From: Trichoplax sp. H2
Taxonomy: Eukaryota
Assembly (NCBI GenBank): GCA_003344405.1
Contig: NOWV01000017.1
Coordinates: forward strand, 62,001-126,000
DNA length: 64,000 bases
Direction: 5' to 3'
Part shown: positions 13,300 through 30,941 of the stretch, in pieces
Position numbering within the stretch: the stretch's first letter is position 1
Layout: every line of letters begins with the position of its first letter
Notes under the pieces: generated by a model
Databases searched by the model: none
Seen by the model: only the letters and a program-made list of their open reading frames with translations
Told to the model about the DNA's origin: nothing
Made by a program: the position numbers and the translations under genes

Positions 13300-13820
13300 G
13301 ATGATATAAGTACACGCCACTCTTCTGTGATGATGGTCTTGTTAATCTTGTATACGTATCTATAGTAAAGGTTTAGGCAAACTATTTGTCGAATTCCTTG
13401 TCGTTTACAGGTCAGTACATTCGATATACTAAAGCAAATTATATTATCAACACAGTTATTCAGCTTAGTGTACTGTACAAGATTACATCTGTTACTTACT
13501 AAAATTTATCTAGAACTAATCAAAGCGTTGAAAAGTGAACTGGACAAGCTCTATTCAATACTATTTCGCACATAACTATATCAGTGTCGAATCGAGAGTA
13601 GAATTGAACACTAGAAATCGGCATTAAAGGATCGTTAACGAGCTTCTTATATGGATTGCTTGTAACTACTAGGATCTCCTGCAAACTACTCATACGTTTC
13701 GTACCGAGCTTGTAATGTAGTGTGTGTTGTTGGTTGTTGTAGCCAAACTACAGCCCTGTTCTAGTTTCAACATAAACGTTGTTGGGATTACGGCTGCGCA
13801 GACTACTGGAATCAGTACTG

Positions 13821-14757
13821 CACAAATTCTGTGTCCAGTTTTAGTCTTGTCGCCATGGACTAGGCAACCCCGGTGTCACGGAGTCGCGGGTATACTTCTG
13901 TGAACTACTATTACTACCAGCAGAAGGTCATCCGTCCGTACAGTCGTCACACAAATTCTGTGTCCAATTTTAGTGTTGTTGCCATAGACTAGGCAACTAC
14001 CGGTGCCACACACTCACGAGTACACTACTGGGGTCTACTATTACAGACCACCCGAAGGTTGTCCGGACGTACAGTCGTCGCACAAATTTTGTGTCCAGTT
14101 TTAGTGTTGTTGCCATAGACTAGGCAACTCCCGGTGTCACGGAGTCGCGAGTATACTACTGTGAACTACTATTACTACCACCAGAAGGTCATCCGTCCGT
14201 ACAGTCGTCACACAAATACTGTGTCCAATTTTAGTGTTGTTGCCATAGACTAGGCAACTCCCGGTGTCACGGAGTCGCGAGTATACTACTGTGAACTACT
14301 ATTACTACAACCAGAAGGTCATCCGTCCGTACAGTCGTCACACAAATTCTGTGTTCAATTTTAGTGTTGTTGCCATAGACTAGGCAACTACCGGTGCCAC
14401 GCACTCACGAGTACACACTACTGGGGTCTACAATACTATTCTTACAAACCACCAGAAGGTCATCCGTCCGTACAGTCGTCACACAAATACTGTGTCCAAT
14501 TTTAGTGTTGTGGCCATAGACTAGGCAACTACCGGTGTCACGAACTCTCAAGTAGTGTACACTACTATTAACGACCGTTAATAATACGGACCACTAGAAG
14601 GTCATCCGTCTGTACAGTCGTCGCACAAATTCTGTGTCCAGTTGTAGTGTTATTGTTACCATGGGCCAGGCAACTACCGGTGTCATGAGTCACGAGGACA
14701 CTACTCTTAACTATTTTGACGGACTACCAGAAGGACGCCCGTAGTCCTGCTGTCGTC
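13821..14757. repeat. Tandem array of 7 x ~130-bp units with internal inverted repeats
   Basis: Units begin cacaaat at 13821, 13950, 14081, 14211, 14341, 14482 and 14624 (periods 129-142). The conserved core is gaaggtcatccgtccgtacagtcgtcacacaaattctgtgtccaattttagtgttgttgccatagactaggcaact. Confidence 0.95.
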
Positions 14758-15285
14758 ATAGGGATTAGCGATTGCGCCATTTGAAGTCTTTTACTCGGAC
14801 TAATTTCTAAATACATTTCTTTATCCTATTAAATCAATAAATTAAATATAGTTGATTAATTTGCTACTGTACTTGAAAAGTTCTAACAGCTACAGGCGTG
14901 AATATGAACTATCCTTAAAACAACAAAACGTGTTTGCCAGAAGGAAAGACGGATGATCTGTCTCTGGACAGGCCAATCGAAGGTGGAGGAGGGATTCGTT
15001 AAAGTCAATCACACAAGTGGTCTTATGCTAAGTTATGCATAGTAACTACTGTTAGTAGAGTGGACTTAAATTAATGTAGGAGTTAGCGACCTAAACTCTG
15101 ACGTCAGGAAATCAACATTTTTTAGCCCTGTCAGGGGTCTCTATTTTACGGCTCTACCTAACAACGATAGCTCATGCTAGCGTATTGAATCTATTCCTAG
15201 CAGTCTAGACTAAATAAGGGAATCGATATTGATAATACTGTATAAACAGTATTAATGCCCTGCCTTGCCGTTTAATGATTCCAAA

Positions 15286-18200
15286 ATGACAACTGAAAAC
15301 CAAGTTGTCCATGCCTTGAAAGAGATGATAGGAGGAAACTCCTTGCTTAAAGTGGGAAGAAATGTAAGTGATTGTCATCATACCGGGTTACTATAGTAAG
15401 GAAGTAATGCTATGATCGACTATGGTATCATTCTAACTCTACTGTATGTGATAGAATAGCGGACTTGGATTAATTAACGGTCGACTGTGATAGTCATGTA
15501 CCGTACATCTATTAATCTTATCTCTGGTGCTATCAACCTTAAAAATTGAATGACTAGATTAAAGCATTGCCTCAAGCATCATGGTACAGTTATTTCAACC
15601 TTATCATGATATAAATTCAATCACCCTATTTATCGACAAAGGCAAAAACATCAGATAATCAATCATACTTTTATTTTATGCCAAGATATAAGATTTCGTT
15701 TTGTATTCTGTTACTTGTGTCATATACTGCAGATAAAGGCACCAACCCTAAACGAGGGTTGTAACCTTCAAATATAGCTACCGCCCTAGTCTGCTGTCAG
15801 ATATGTCTTTCTCGATCCACTGACAAACAGTCGGATTCCAGTACTGACTGACAATCTCTCATCGTCATGAGCTCATAGTAACTATAAGTCTTTTCTAGGC
15901 CAAACCACAAAATATAAATCTTGCTGAAAACTCAATCAATTTATGGCATAGCTACGTAAACATCAATACTTACATAATACTAGCTATTAAAACATACAGT
16001 ACAACTGTCTAATATAAACTAGGGTCTGCTAATGGTGTAAATGCAGATAATGTCGATATCGCTAAAGTTTCAACATGTGTCACGACTATAATGTAAAATT
16101 TAATTTGCAATAATCTATAATCAAGGTTTCGCTTACCTTGAAGGTATAGAGGAAAGATCAATTTCTACATTACTGTAGGCTACAGTACAATAGCATATGG
16201 CTAAACTTTATGCAATCTACAGTAAACAGTATGTGCTCGTACAAGGAAACAAATTAAGAATAAACGTTCAACTTCAAATGAATAAGTAAATAATTCCAAT
16301 AGGAGTTATTTCCTTAGAAATCAAACCACTTTATTTCAAAAATAGAATCTAAAGTGATCTATTGGTTAAATAACCTGCTTATTGTACTAGATATCAATTA
16401 ATCATCGATAAAGGAATAACTCTGACTTAGTATACTGAAAATAGATATAGGTGTATGTTGCAATCTTGGTTTGGAAACATAAATTGTGATTGCTATCTAT
16501 ATAATCTATAGTAGTAGGCCCTATAACGTACGTACATATTACTATTAGAATATGAGTATGCCTAAGTATGCCACCAAAAATAAACGAGTCTACAGAATTG
16601 CAAATTATCACATAGGAGTAACAAGAATATTCTAATTCTGAAAACATCTATACTTTAAAACTTATATTGAAACGCAAATTAATCAGATCACCTTCAGCCC
16701 TAATTTCGGCTGTAACCAAATGACCTAATATTTGCAATACCATTGCGTCTACCTACTATGGAATGAGATTACCATTTGAATAGGCGATGAAGACAAACCT
16801 TCTATATAATAGATTAAATCGTTTACACATTGTACACAGTTATTCAATATGCACGCTCAGATTACGCACATGTACTGTATCTTATTGAAGCCTCAGTCTA
16901 AATATTCGTGTCATAGTTTCTATAACAAAAATTGAAAGTACTGTAGTCAATCTCCTGTGTGCTACTCACTATTTACATCAATTTAGTGCTTTATCATTTA
17001 ATTTTCTGCAATTATTCAACCATCTTGATATTTATATTCTATAAAATGTATACACTTATGTTTCTAGGGAAAAGCGCATTTTAGGCATTTTAGGCTAGCA
17101 AAAGGTAAGTTCAGAGTTCACGCAATTCATGTAATACATAACAATGTAAGGAAATTAATTAATGTCAAGTAGTGCAAATTATAGAGAAATCTATAAGTGC
17201 AAAGTACGTACATCATCGAGAGAGTCGGTTTGACTTTTTTCTTATTTTCATACTGACTTTGATTTCTTAAATTTATAGACTTATCTGGCATCAGTTGGAG
17301 TTCTCCACGCAAAGATAAACAAGAAACTATAATCCTAGTTTCGCAAATGGATTCTCTATTATTAGGACAAAAAACAAAAGTTTTTCTAGCCAAACCAATG
17401 CCAGAATTAAAGGTTTCTTTCTTTTATTAATATATCAAAGTGATAACTCTACATCAAGATATAAACTAATTATTATTATTAATAAAACTATCGTCTTCTT
17501 TTTACGAGATAGACTCTGTCCTTCTCATTACTGTATTCGGATAGTGAAGGCTTCCATCGTTCGCTAGATATAGTATGCCAAAAGCAACGAGAATTCGATA
17601 TATGGATAATAGGATTACAACAATTAATCAATGGAATCGACGATAAGTCAATTACAACAGAATTATTCCAAGATGCCAAGACAGAGTTAATAATTAATAC
17701 AGAACAATCAGTAGACGATTTGGTAATACTTAGCTGACCCTATATTGCATTTTCCATCATCCAGACATAATTTAGAAAATAAATAATTTAAAAATCTTCA
17801 AATTTTTTTAGGTCGAACTTGATCATTTAATCGTTCTTAATTCTGCACAAATTGATCAATCTGTCTTCGGTGTATACACCTGGGGAAGTGGAATAAACGG
17901 TGCATTAGGTCATGGAGAAGATATTGATATACCATCTCCTAGAGTTGTTGAGGCTTTGTTAGCATATAACATTAAAAGATTAGCTTGTGGCTTACATACA
18001 GTCTTCGCATTAAACGGTATATTTTGTAATAATGATTTAACCCTATTGTATTTGATGTTTTACTACCTTTTGAAAATAATAATTAAGGCTTTACTTTCAA
18101 ATATTCGAGCAGAAGATGGCAAGGTTTATTCCTGGGGCTTAGGGAAATATGGCATTTTAGGACAAGGAAATCTACGTAGTAGATTTGCACCCCTTAAGAT

Positions 18201-20063
18201 AGCTAGTTTTAAAAGTAGTAACGTCATCGACATTTCCTGCCATGAATTACATGCCGCAGCTGTCACATGTTAGAAAGAGAGATTTTTACTTCGAATATAT
18301 AAATATTCTTAAATATTATTCATGTTATTTTAACAAGGCTTGAGAAACTTATAAGCTGTCAAAAATTTTAGCTTCAGGTGAACTTTACACATGGGGTAAA
18401 GGTTCTGAAAATTTTAATCGCCTGGGATACTTATGCCAGAATAAGCAAACGAGTCCGGCTTTGGTTCATTCTCTTTCGGCATATACTATTTTCAGTGTTG
18501 CATGTGGATACAATCACACTTTGGGTTAGTACGTATGAAAAATTTATTGTCCTTGAAACTATTGTGATCAACTGCAACGACATTCACATCATATCTGATC
18601 AAAACGTATATATACAATAATTACTAAATGAGTCTGTCTGCTAAGTTAGTCGTAATGTTAAATGTTAAGTACTTGTAGCTGTCGCACAACTAAAAATACT
18701 TATAGATACTATTACTAAAATTAATTAATACACTTATCAATTGCATCCTGATAGCTGTGACAAATACAGGTAGCGTATATTCGTTTGGCGATAACTCAAA
18801 CTCACAATTAGGAGTTGGTGATACTGAGCCGTATGCCGAGCCTCAATTAGTCACTGTATTAAATGATGAAAACATTATCAAAGTTGCATGTGGTAAATAT
18901 CATTCTGCTGCGCTATCAGGTATTGTATGATTAATTATCGATGATAACGTAATACTATCAATACTATTTTAATTAAGCTACGTAAGCACTTATAACTTAA
19001 ATTTAAATTTGGGTTTTACTTCAATTTCAATCTCTGTCCTAATTTTGTTTTAAATTACTTGATCAATCACAGCAAAAGGAAATTTATTTCTTTGGGGCCT
19101 TGGTGACGACGGCCAATTGGGTCTAGGTAATTATAATCTTTCAACCGAACCCACTATACTTCATATAGGAGAAAAGAAAGCTAAAGTTATGGATGTTGCT
19201 TGCGGAGATCTCCATACATGCATACTGACAGGTATACTTGTTACATTTAATATGTGAAACGAAATTTTTATGACAGCGATTTTCTGCAAAAATAGTATCT
19301 GTAAGCAACTGTAGTATAGACTTAAGCACCCAATCGTGTATCATCGTTCCTAAATAATGGAAATTTTTCTACATTCTTGTAGTCGGTGGCCTTGTCTACG
19401 CCTTCGGTAGTAATATTTATGGACAAATAGCTGCACCGAGTATGAATAAATTTCACCTTCCTTACCGCATTAGTTTCAATACAAGTAAAAGATTTGTATC
19501 AGTGTCATGCGGATCTTTCCATTCCGCAGCTATTACAGGTATTTTTATATTGCTAATAGACATAGACGTAATTTGACGTAATAATTTTAATCAAATACGC
19601 TTTCTGATCTATATGGAATTTCTAATGGAAATAGTTACAAATAGTAAAATACTACTATTAGTTTAAAATTTCTCCATCCAATCTTACGTCGTTTCCTCGA
19701 AAATTTTTAATAATAGAAAACGGTAAATTATATGCATGGGGACTGGAGACCGATGGAAGATTAGGCTTGGGGGATTGTAAACAAAGGTATAGTTATAAAG
19801 ATACAGTTTTACTTAGCAGTCAGTTTTATATGTTCAAGGTAAACGTTTACTTTTATAAATACACAAGGAAACATTTTATAGCGCCACTTGTGATCATTAA
19901 TTTTGATTATCCTATTTTGTGCAGATCTTCACCGACGGAAGTGGAAGGATTTCGTGATAAGAAGATAGGTCGTATAGCCTGTGGTAGTAAACATACAGCA
20001 GCGCTGATAATTCTTTCAAGTTCTGCGGACAAAAAGTTCAAATCTAGTTGGCGAACTACATAA
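15286..20063 (+). CDS. PH-domain + 7 RCC1-repeat protein (PRAF/RLD-like N-terminal architecture); multi-exon
   Basis: Exons 15286-15363, 17068-17104 and the next two splice in frame to ALKEMIGGNSLLKVGRNGKAHFRHFRLAKDLSGISWSSPRKDKQ..LLLGQKTKVF..SFSLLYSD..RSLDIVCQKQREFDIWIIGLQQLI, a PLC-type PH domain. Seven RCC1 repeats follow (VYTWGSG..GALGHG, VYSWGLGKYGILGQG, LYTWGKG, VYSFGDNSNSQLGVG, LFLWGLGDDGQLGLG, VYAFGSNIYGQI, LYAWGLETDGRLGLG), and the stop is at 20063. Confidence 0.85.
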
Positions 20064-21141
20064 AACGATACTTTATATATGAAACGAAATTAATTTTTTT
20101 ACAATATAGTTTAAACTTTCATACTAAAACCGGTTTTATCGAATATGATAGTAATATCATTTACACCTATATCTACTAACAAATTCATCACAAAGTACTC
20201 ACACTTAGCAAAATTTATCTCTGTAAAGCTCTATAATTAATGCCTTTCTTTATTTTAAGTATCTCAATCAAATTATCTACTCTGTGTTAGATATTATCGA
20301 TATTTATCATTATTTGTACTAGTATTTATGAGCAAATTTATTGCAAAGTACTAAAATCATTTCAGGTTTTTGAAAGCTAGAAGGAAAATTCTGGATTGAA
20401 CACTATGCTTCATTGAGCAATTTTAATCAAACAATGAGATGAGCATATACTGTTACATGCAATTGCAGTGTTGGCTAAACCAATTTCTTACTTCACTGTT
20501 TGCAGATACAGTAGTTTTGCTGTACATAAAATTTTACTGTAAAATTCCAATTTTTGATCCATTACATTCAATAAATTTCAATGGGACAAAAGATAAATTA
20601 CGTCGTATACCGTTTATATTTTTCGTACTATCTGTTTTATTATACATGTGGAATTAGTTTCGTTCGTTATTGACTCTTTTCAGGGAACAAAAGATTAACA
20701 TGATATCACAGTCATACTGAGTAACAAAAGTTACATTATACAGTAGTTTGATTCTCCAGCATCGATTGCAATCCATTCAAAACTTAAGACATGAACAAAC
20801 GACGAACAATATTCGTCGTATAACTGTTATCGTACATGTAAAATAAATCATGAAGACACCTGAATTTAAAGGTTATATGTCATCGTTTACTGTGTATAGA
20901 AATAATATTATCAAAGAACAGCACACATCAATTACGCCAAATATCCAGTTTGAATTTCCGGTAGTACAGCATATTAGTTTTTGCACAGTTCTTTGTAAAT
21001 TAAATTTATTAATGATGAGCATTTGATTAGCGCATTTCCAATAAATTGAATTATATAGTACACTTTTAAAATGATAGCTCTAATGCAATATCATCTTATC
21101 ACCAAATAAGTGTCACTACATTTATATTTCTTGCCCATTAT

Positions 21142-24100
21142 TTACTCTTTTCTTTCATCATCTTCACCTTCACTTTCATCGCCGACCAAAGCCGCGAATT
21201 TACTTTCTTGACTAAATACCTACCCAATATTTAAGATACATGCTAACTTAGATGGCACTTCAAAATCTTAACGGTATACGAGTAAAATAATCATGTGTTA
21301 CAATAATAAATATTAAAGAATTTGATATCTTCTAACCGGTTTCGGTGGTTCTTCGTACTTCTTAAGCTCCACAGGCCTATAGGGTTTCCTACCCCTACCA
21401 CCTCCTCGACTTCCTCTGCCACGACCTCTACCACCAAATCCTCTGGAGTTTCCATCACTGCTGAATCCATATCGTTTATCGCTACTTTTGTCATCTCGAC
21501 TATTATCATCGTCCTGATCTTGATCTGCACTTGTTGTCTTATCAGCTGCTTCCTGATCATCGTCTTTACTCGTCTGATCTTTAGCAACAGCTAAGCGTTC
21601 TTCAATTTCTCGCTCTTTGGCTGCCGTATCAACCGGCCTGGCTGAACCAAAGATTGACGATGAACGGTTGACTTCTTCCTCTTTATTTTCTATAGGTTTT
21701 GATCGAGGTTTCAAATTGAGTGCCCGTCTTTGTGGTGCATCTAGAATTTTGTGATATTAACGGTTAAACAATTAAACAGTATTTACGGTTATTAGGTTAA
21801 ATTGTAGCTGGTGACATCTATAGTAATACAGCAGATATTCATATGAAGGCATAGTAGTCATATTAGGGTTATCCATTAACCTTTCTCTTTCTTTTCTTCG
21901 TAATCGCCCTGCTTAGTGTTATCGCTACTTTCAGCTCTTTCTGTATCTCTTCTCACAGAATCATTGTCCTCCCTTGATTGCCTACCACCATCTACATTAT
22001 CAACATCATAATTACGTCTTTCGTCTCCATTTTCAAATCTGGATGATCTAAAATTATCAAAGCCACGTCTTTTCCCGTCATCCCCATTATATCGTGAAGA
22101 TCTACCTCCAAAACCACCTCTATCGTAGTTTCTTCTTCCGCGTCCGGAAGATTCAAAATCATTATATCTACGGTTTCCACTACCAAATCGATCTTCTCTT
22201 CCGCGAAAACTGCTCCCTCCATCATTGTATCGACTACCAACACCAGCAAATCTGTCATCGTCACGATCATATTGTCTCCTATTCGATCGAAAGTCCTCTG
22301 TTGGTGGTCCGGCGCGTCTCCAATTATCGCTATCGGTGCTTCGTTCACCACGATCGTATCTATCATGATGTGATCCTCTACTCCCTCTGTCATTGAAATT
22401 ATTTCTGTCATTATCACCTGTATGATTAGCGAAAAACAAATGAATTACAAGGTCAATTTTTGACTTACCACATGAACTAACAAAACAACAAGACAAAGAG
22501 TACATACTAGATGGGAAAATACAAATATAGACAGTATATAAATAATAAATCGTTGTTAAGCATACGATGTTAAGATTTTTAAGACATAACTTTCGATATA
22601 CAGTAATGATTTCATCAGTTAATGGATAAAAAAAATTTTATTTATTGTACTAATAATAATTAATCTTTTAATTAATTAGTCTATAAACCTTACCTCCAGC
22701 AATATCCACACGGATTTTACGATTTTTCAGTAACTATATGGGGTAAATGAATAGAAGATATAAGTTTTGTTTAGAGATATAGGATTACATATAGATTACT
22801 TTTTAATTAAAAATAATGAAAAAAATCATCAAGTTGTCAGTTATGATAACAACTATTTCCTTTGAATATGTCAAAACGGCATGACATACTGTATACGCGT
22901 TCAGTAATAGGGGAGAGTTATGTATTGTTAAGACCACCATAATATACTGACGCGCGTATAGTTTAGTTAATGATCAGAAAGTCAAGTTGAAGGAATAAAG
23001 TACTTTAAAGATACAGTAGGTCTGTCAAATTAGCAAGACGCCCATCATTTTGAATATTCGAATTCACCTGATCATTTAGTGACATCGCATTAACTAGTGA
23101 TTCTAAATCTTCAAATTCGGTATATCCAAATCCTCTTGGTCTACCATCCGTTGTGCCTTTGGGTAAGCGAACAGAGTTTACCTACGTATAACGAAAATAG
23201 ACAATCATTACTTGATTTATCACATCATTCCAATATCTACAAGTATCGTAAGAATCGATCTACAATGTCATTTATATTGAAGAGAAAGCATATATATTCC
23301 TCTTGTTAACAGAACATTACATTATATACGGTAGTCAACGTTATACAATGTAATTAATTGGCTGCAAACTTCTATTCCCTATCACCATCACTACAGTAAG
23401 ATGTTAACAAGATTACAAGTAAGGTAGTTGTGTATTTCAATCCATTATTTCTGATCAATGCGTAAGGTAATCAAGATGATGAAGTTCTACTTCACAGAAT
23501 GTCAGATAGATACTGTAGTCGATCATTTGCAAAACAAGTAGAGTATATTGAACTGACCTTGCTATCCTTGAAGAATTGAGTAATATCTTCTTCAGTCACA
23601 TCATAAGGAAGATTAGCAATGTAAGCAGTAAAAGGTGGCTTAGTAGGAAGTCTACTCCTATCGATACCAGCCAAGGCACGAGCAGCTTTTGGAGCTGTTG
23701 GTAGCATGGATGTATCAATGGTGGGCTGACTCCGCCTATCTGTAAATGAACGATGATGACGACGATGGAAGATTAATTTTGTATCAAGATGTAGCCATTG
23801 AAATTGGTGAATAGTGTAGAAATGATGAATGTTAAAGAGAGTAGAGCACAATCGAGGGAGAAAAGTCCATTTCTAGCAGGTTAGCGCTAGAAAGATATGG
23901 ATACTGTATAAGACTATTTTTTTCTATCTACCAAGTACGATAGATAAGTATTTGAATATTTAATGCATAGCATCGCAATCCTAGATTATAAAGACTGCAT
24001 CATGCCGTGTCAAATTGATCGACATTGATGAGAAATTTGTAATTGTACTGGTATGTATCTGAGTATAATAAATCAAGTTATTGTTGTACAACACAGTTTA

Positions 24101-24463
24101 TAGGATAAAAATAGGCCTATCCACATGTCCAATCTAAGAAGGAAGTCGAACATGAAATGACCGGGTAGATAGAATCAAGTTTTGTCACCTTCATAACCAC
24201 GGGAATCGTCTTTTTCAGACCAATCACTGGTTTTTCGTTGTGTTAGAATATTGGCAACTTTGCCATCATTTCCATCAGCAAGAAACTCGGTCAAATTGAC
24301 CGTTTTGCCTTTCATTTTTTTGGATTTCTTGCCTATAAGATCAATTTTTATGATTTATTACATATAATGTATCCAATAGACAAGGATAAAGTGAATTTAT
24401 TAAATACAAGTCATTCATATTGATGAAATTGCTCGATCAACCTGATGCCGGTGTAGTAGCCAT
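21142..24463 (-). CDS. EIF4B: Eukaryotic translation initiation factor 4B; multi-exon
   Basis: MATTPASG|KKSKKMKGKTVNLTEFL.., LPTAPKAAR..IDRSRLPTKPPFTAYIANLPYDVTEEDI (RRM), a D/R/Y/G-rich region, LNLKPRS, SIFGSARPVDTAAKEREIEERL and C-terminal SKFAAL..acidic tail*. All are characteristic of eIF4B. Confidence 0.93.
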
Positions 24464-25508
24464 CTTGACAATGTGCAGCGGAGAACAGTAGGGCGCCGTG
24501 GATTGTGGGTACTGCCACAGTGGATAGTGAGGGCATTCCAGTGGTCTTGGGGCAGTACAGTGCAAGTTGCAGTCCTGTACTGTGTACAAGACAGTACAGT
24601 ATAGGACAGTACAGTATACAGTACTGTAGTAAGTGTACTGTACACTGTACAGTATCGAAGTACAGCACACCATGGTCGATTCACCATGGTCGTCCGTGAC
24701 CCAGCCTAGCGGACGAGGTTAGCCTTGACGGTGTTGGACTAGGGTATCGTATGGTATTTTACTACTGACTGAGTACTACAGTAGCATCAAGAGCTCTGAC
24801 ATGGTCCGCGCCAGTTTAGCATGGTTGATTGGAAACCGGATGCTGGTTGTATCCATCATTTTTGCAGCTATTTTCAAGGTTACTCCAATTGATTCAATAA
24901 TATCCTATCATGATTACGTTATACAGAAATGAGACTGTGATTGAATCCACTTTTGCAACAAGCTGGTTAGAATCACAAGAAAGGTCTTGACATAGTCGAG
25001 AGTGCTGCCGCTGAGTATTTACACTGTACACTATGTGGCTAGGGCACTTGCTAGCGTGCCAATGCTGTTGGTTGGTCTGTCCAGGTTAAGGTTGACAGTG
25101 CCACCATGGGCTACTACAACACCACGGTACTGTACCAGTGACGGTACCAGTGACGGTACCAGTACCGGTACTAGTACCGTTCCGGTCCACCAAGGGACAG
25201 AACAGCGCCAACCGTGTCGTCTGTATCCAGGCCTGGCAATAAAACCACTTGCTGCCCATACAATACACTATCTTATGTATAGTACAGTAGCTAGAAGGGG
25301 CATACTAAAAGACTATTCTTGCACAAAGGTCAATTGCGATAGTCAATGTTGTCTAATTAATTAATTTTAAAAGCGTTGGCCAACAACACCAACGACAAAC
25401 ATCGGAGAAATCTTAGCCATCGCTCTTCTACTCTTTGCAGTTTTCTTCTTTAGCCAGTGCCTGTACACGATATTGAAGTGTACAGCAGAACGATAGTACT
25501 ATATTAAT
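24464..25508. promoter_or_regulatory. Putative bidirectional promoter region between eIF4B and the FYCO1-like gene
   Basis: Head-to-head start codons lie about 1 kb apart. GC is locally elevated, with a dense gtacagta/tactgtac cluster (about 24550-24670) and 12-bp ggtaccagtgac-type repeats (about 25126-25180). Confidence 0.55.

Positions 25509-30941
<5,433 letters not shown>

Noticed and set aside
13821-14757. CRISPR-like array (conserved repeat plus variable spacer)
   Set aside because: The 'spacers' are homologous to one another, the repeat is about 85 nt, there are no cas genes and the context is eukaryotic.
13821-14757. Hammerhead ribozyme / retrozyme multimer
   Set aside because: No CTGANGA...GAAA core was seen on either strand.
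21291-22417. Alternative-frame and antisense ORFs over eIF4B
   Set aside because: They are shadows of the low-complexity D/R/G-rich coding exons.
24411-25364. Overlapping Cys/Tyr/Thr-rich ORFs
   Set aside because: These are translations of low-complexity promoter repeats. Only the MATTPASG end is real, as eIF4B exon 1.
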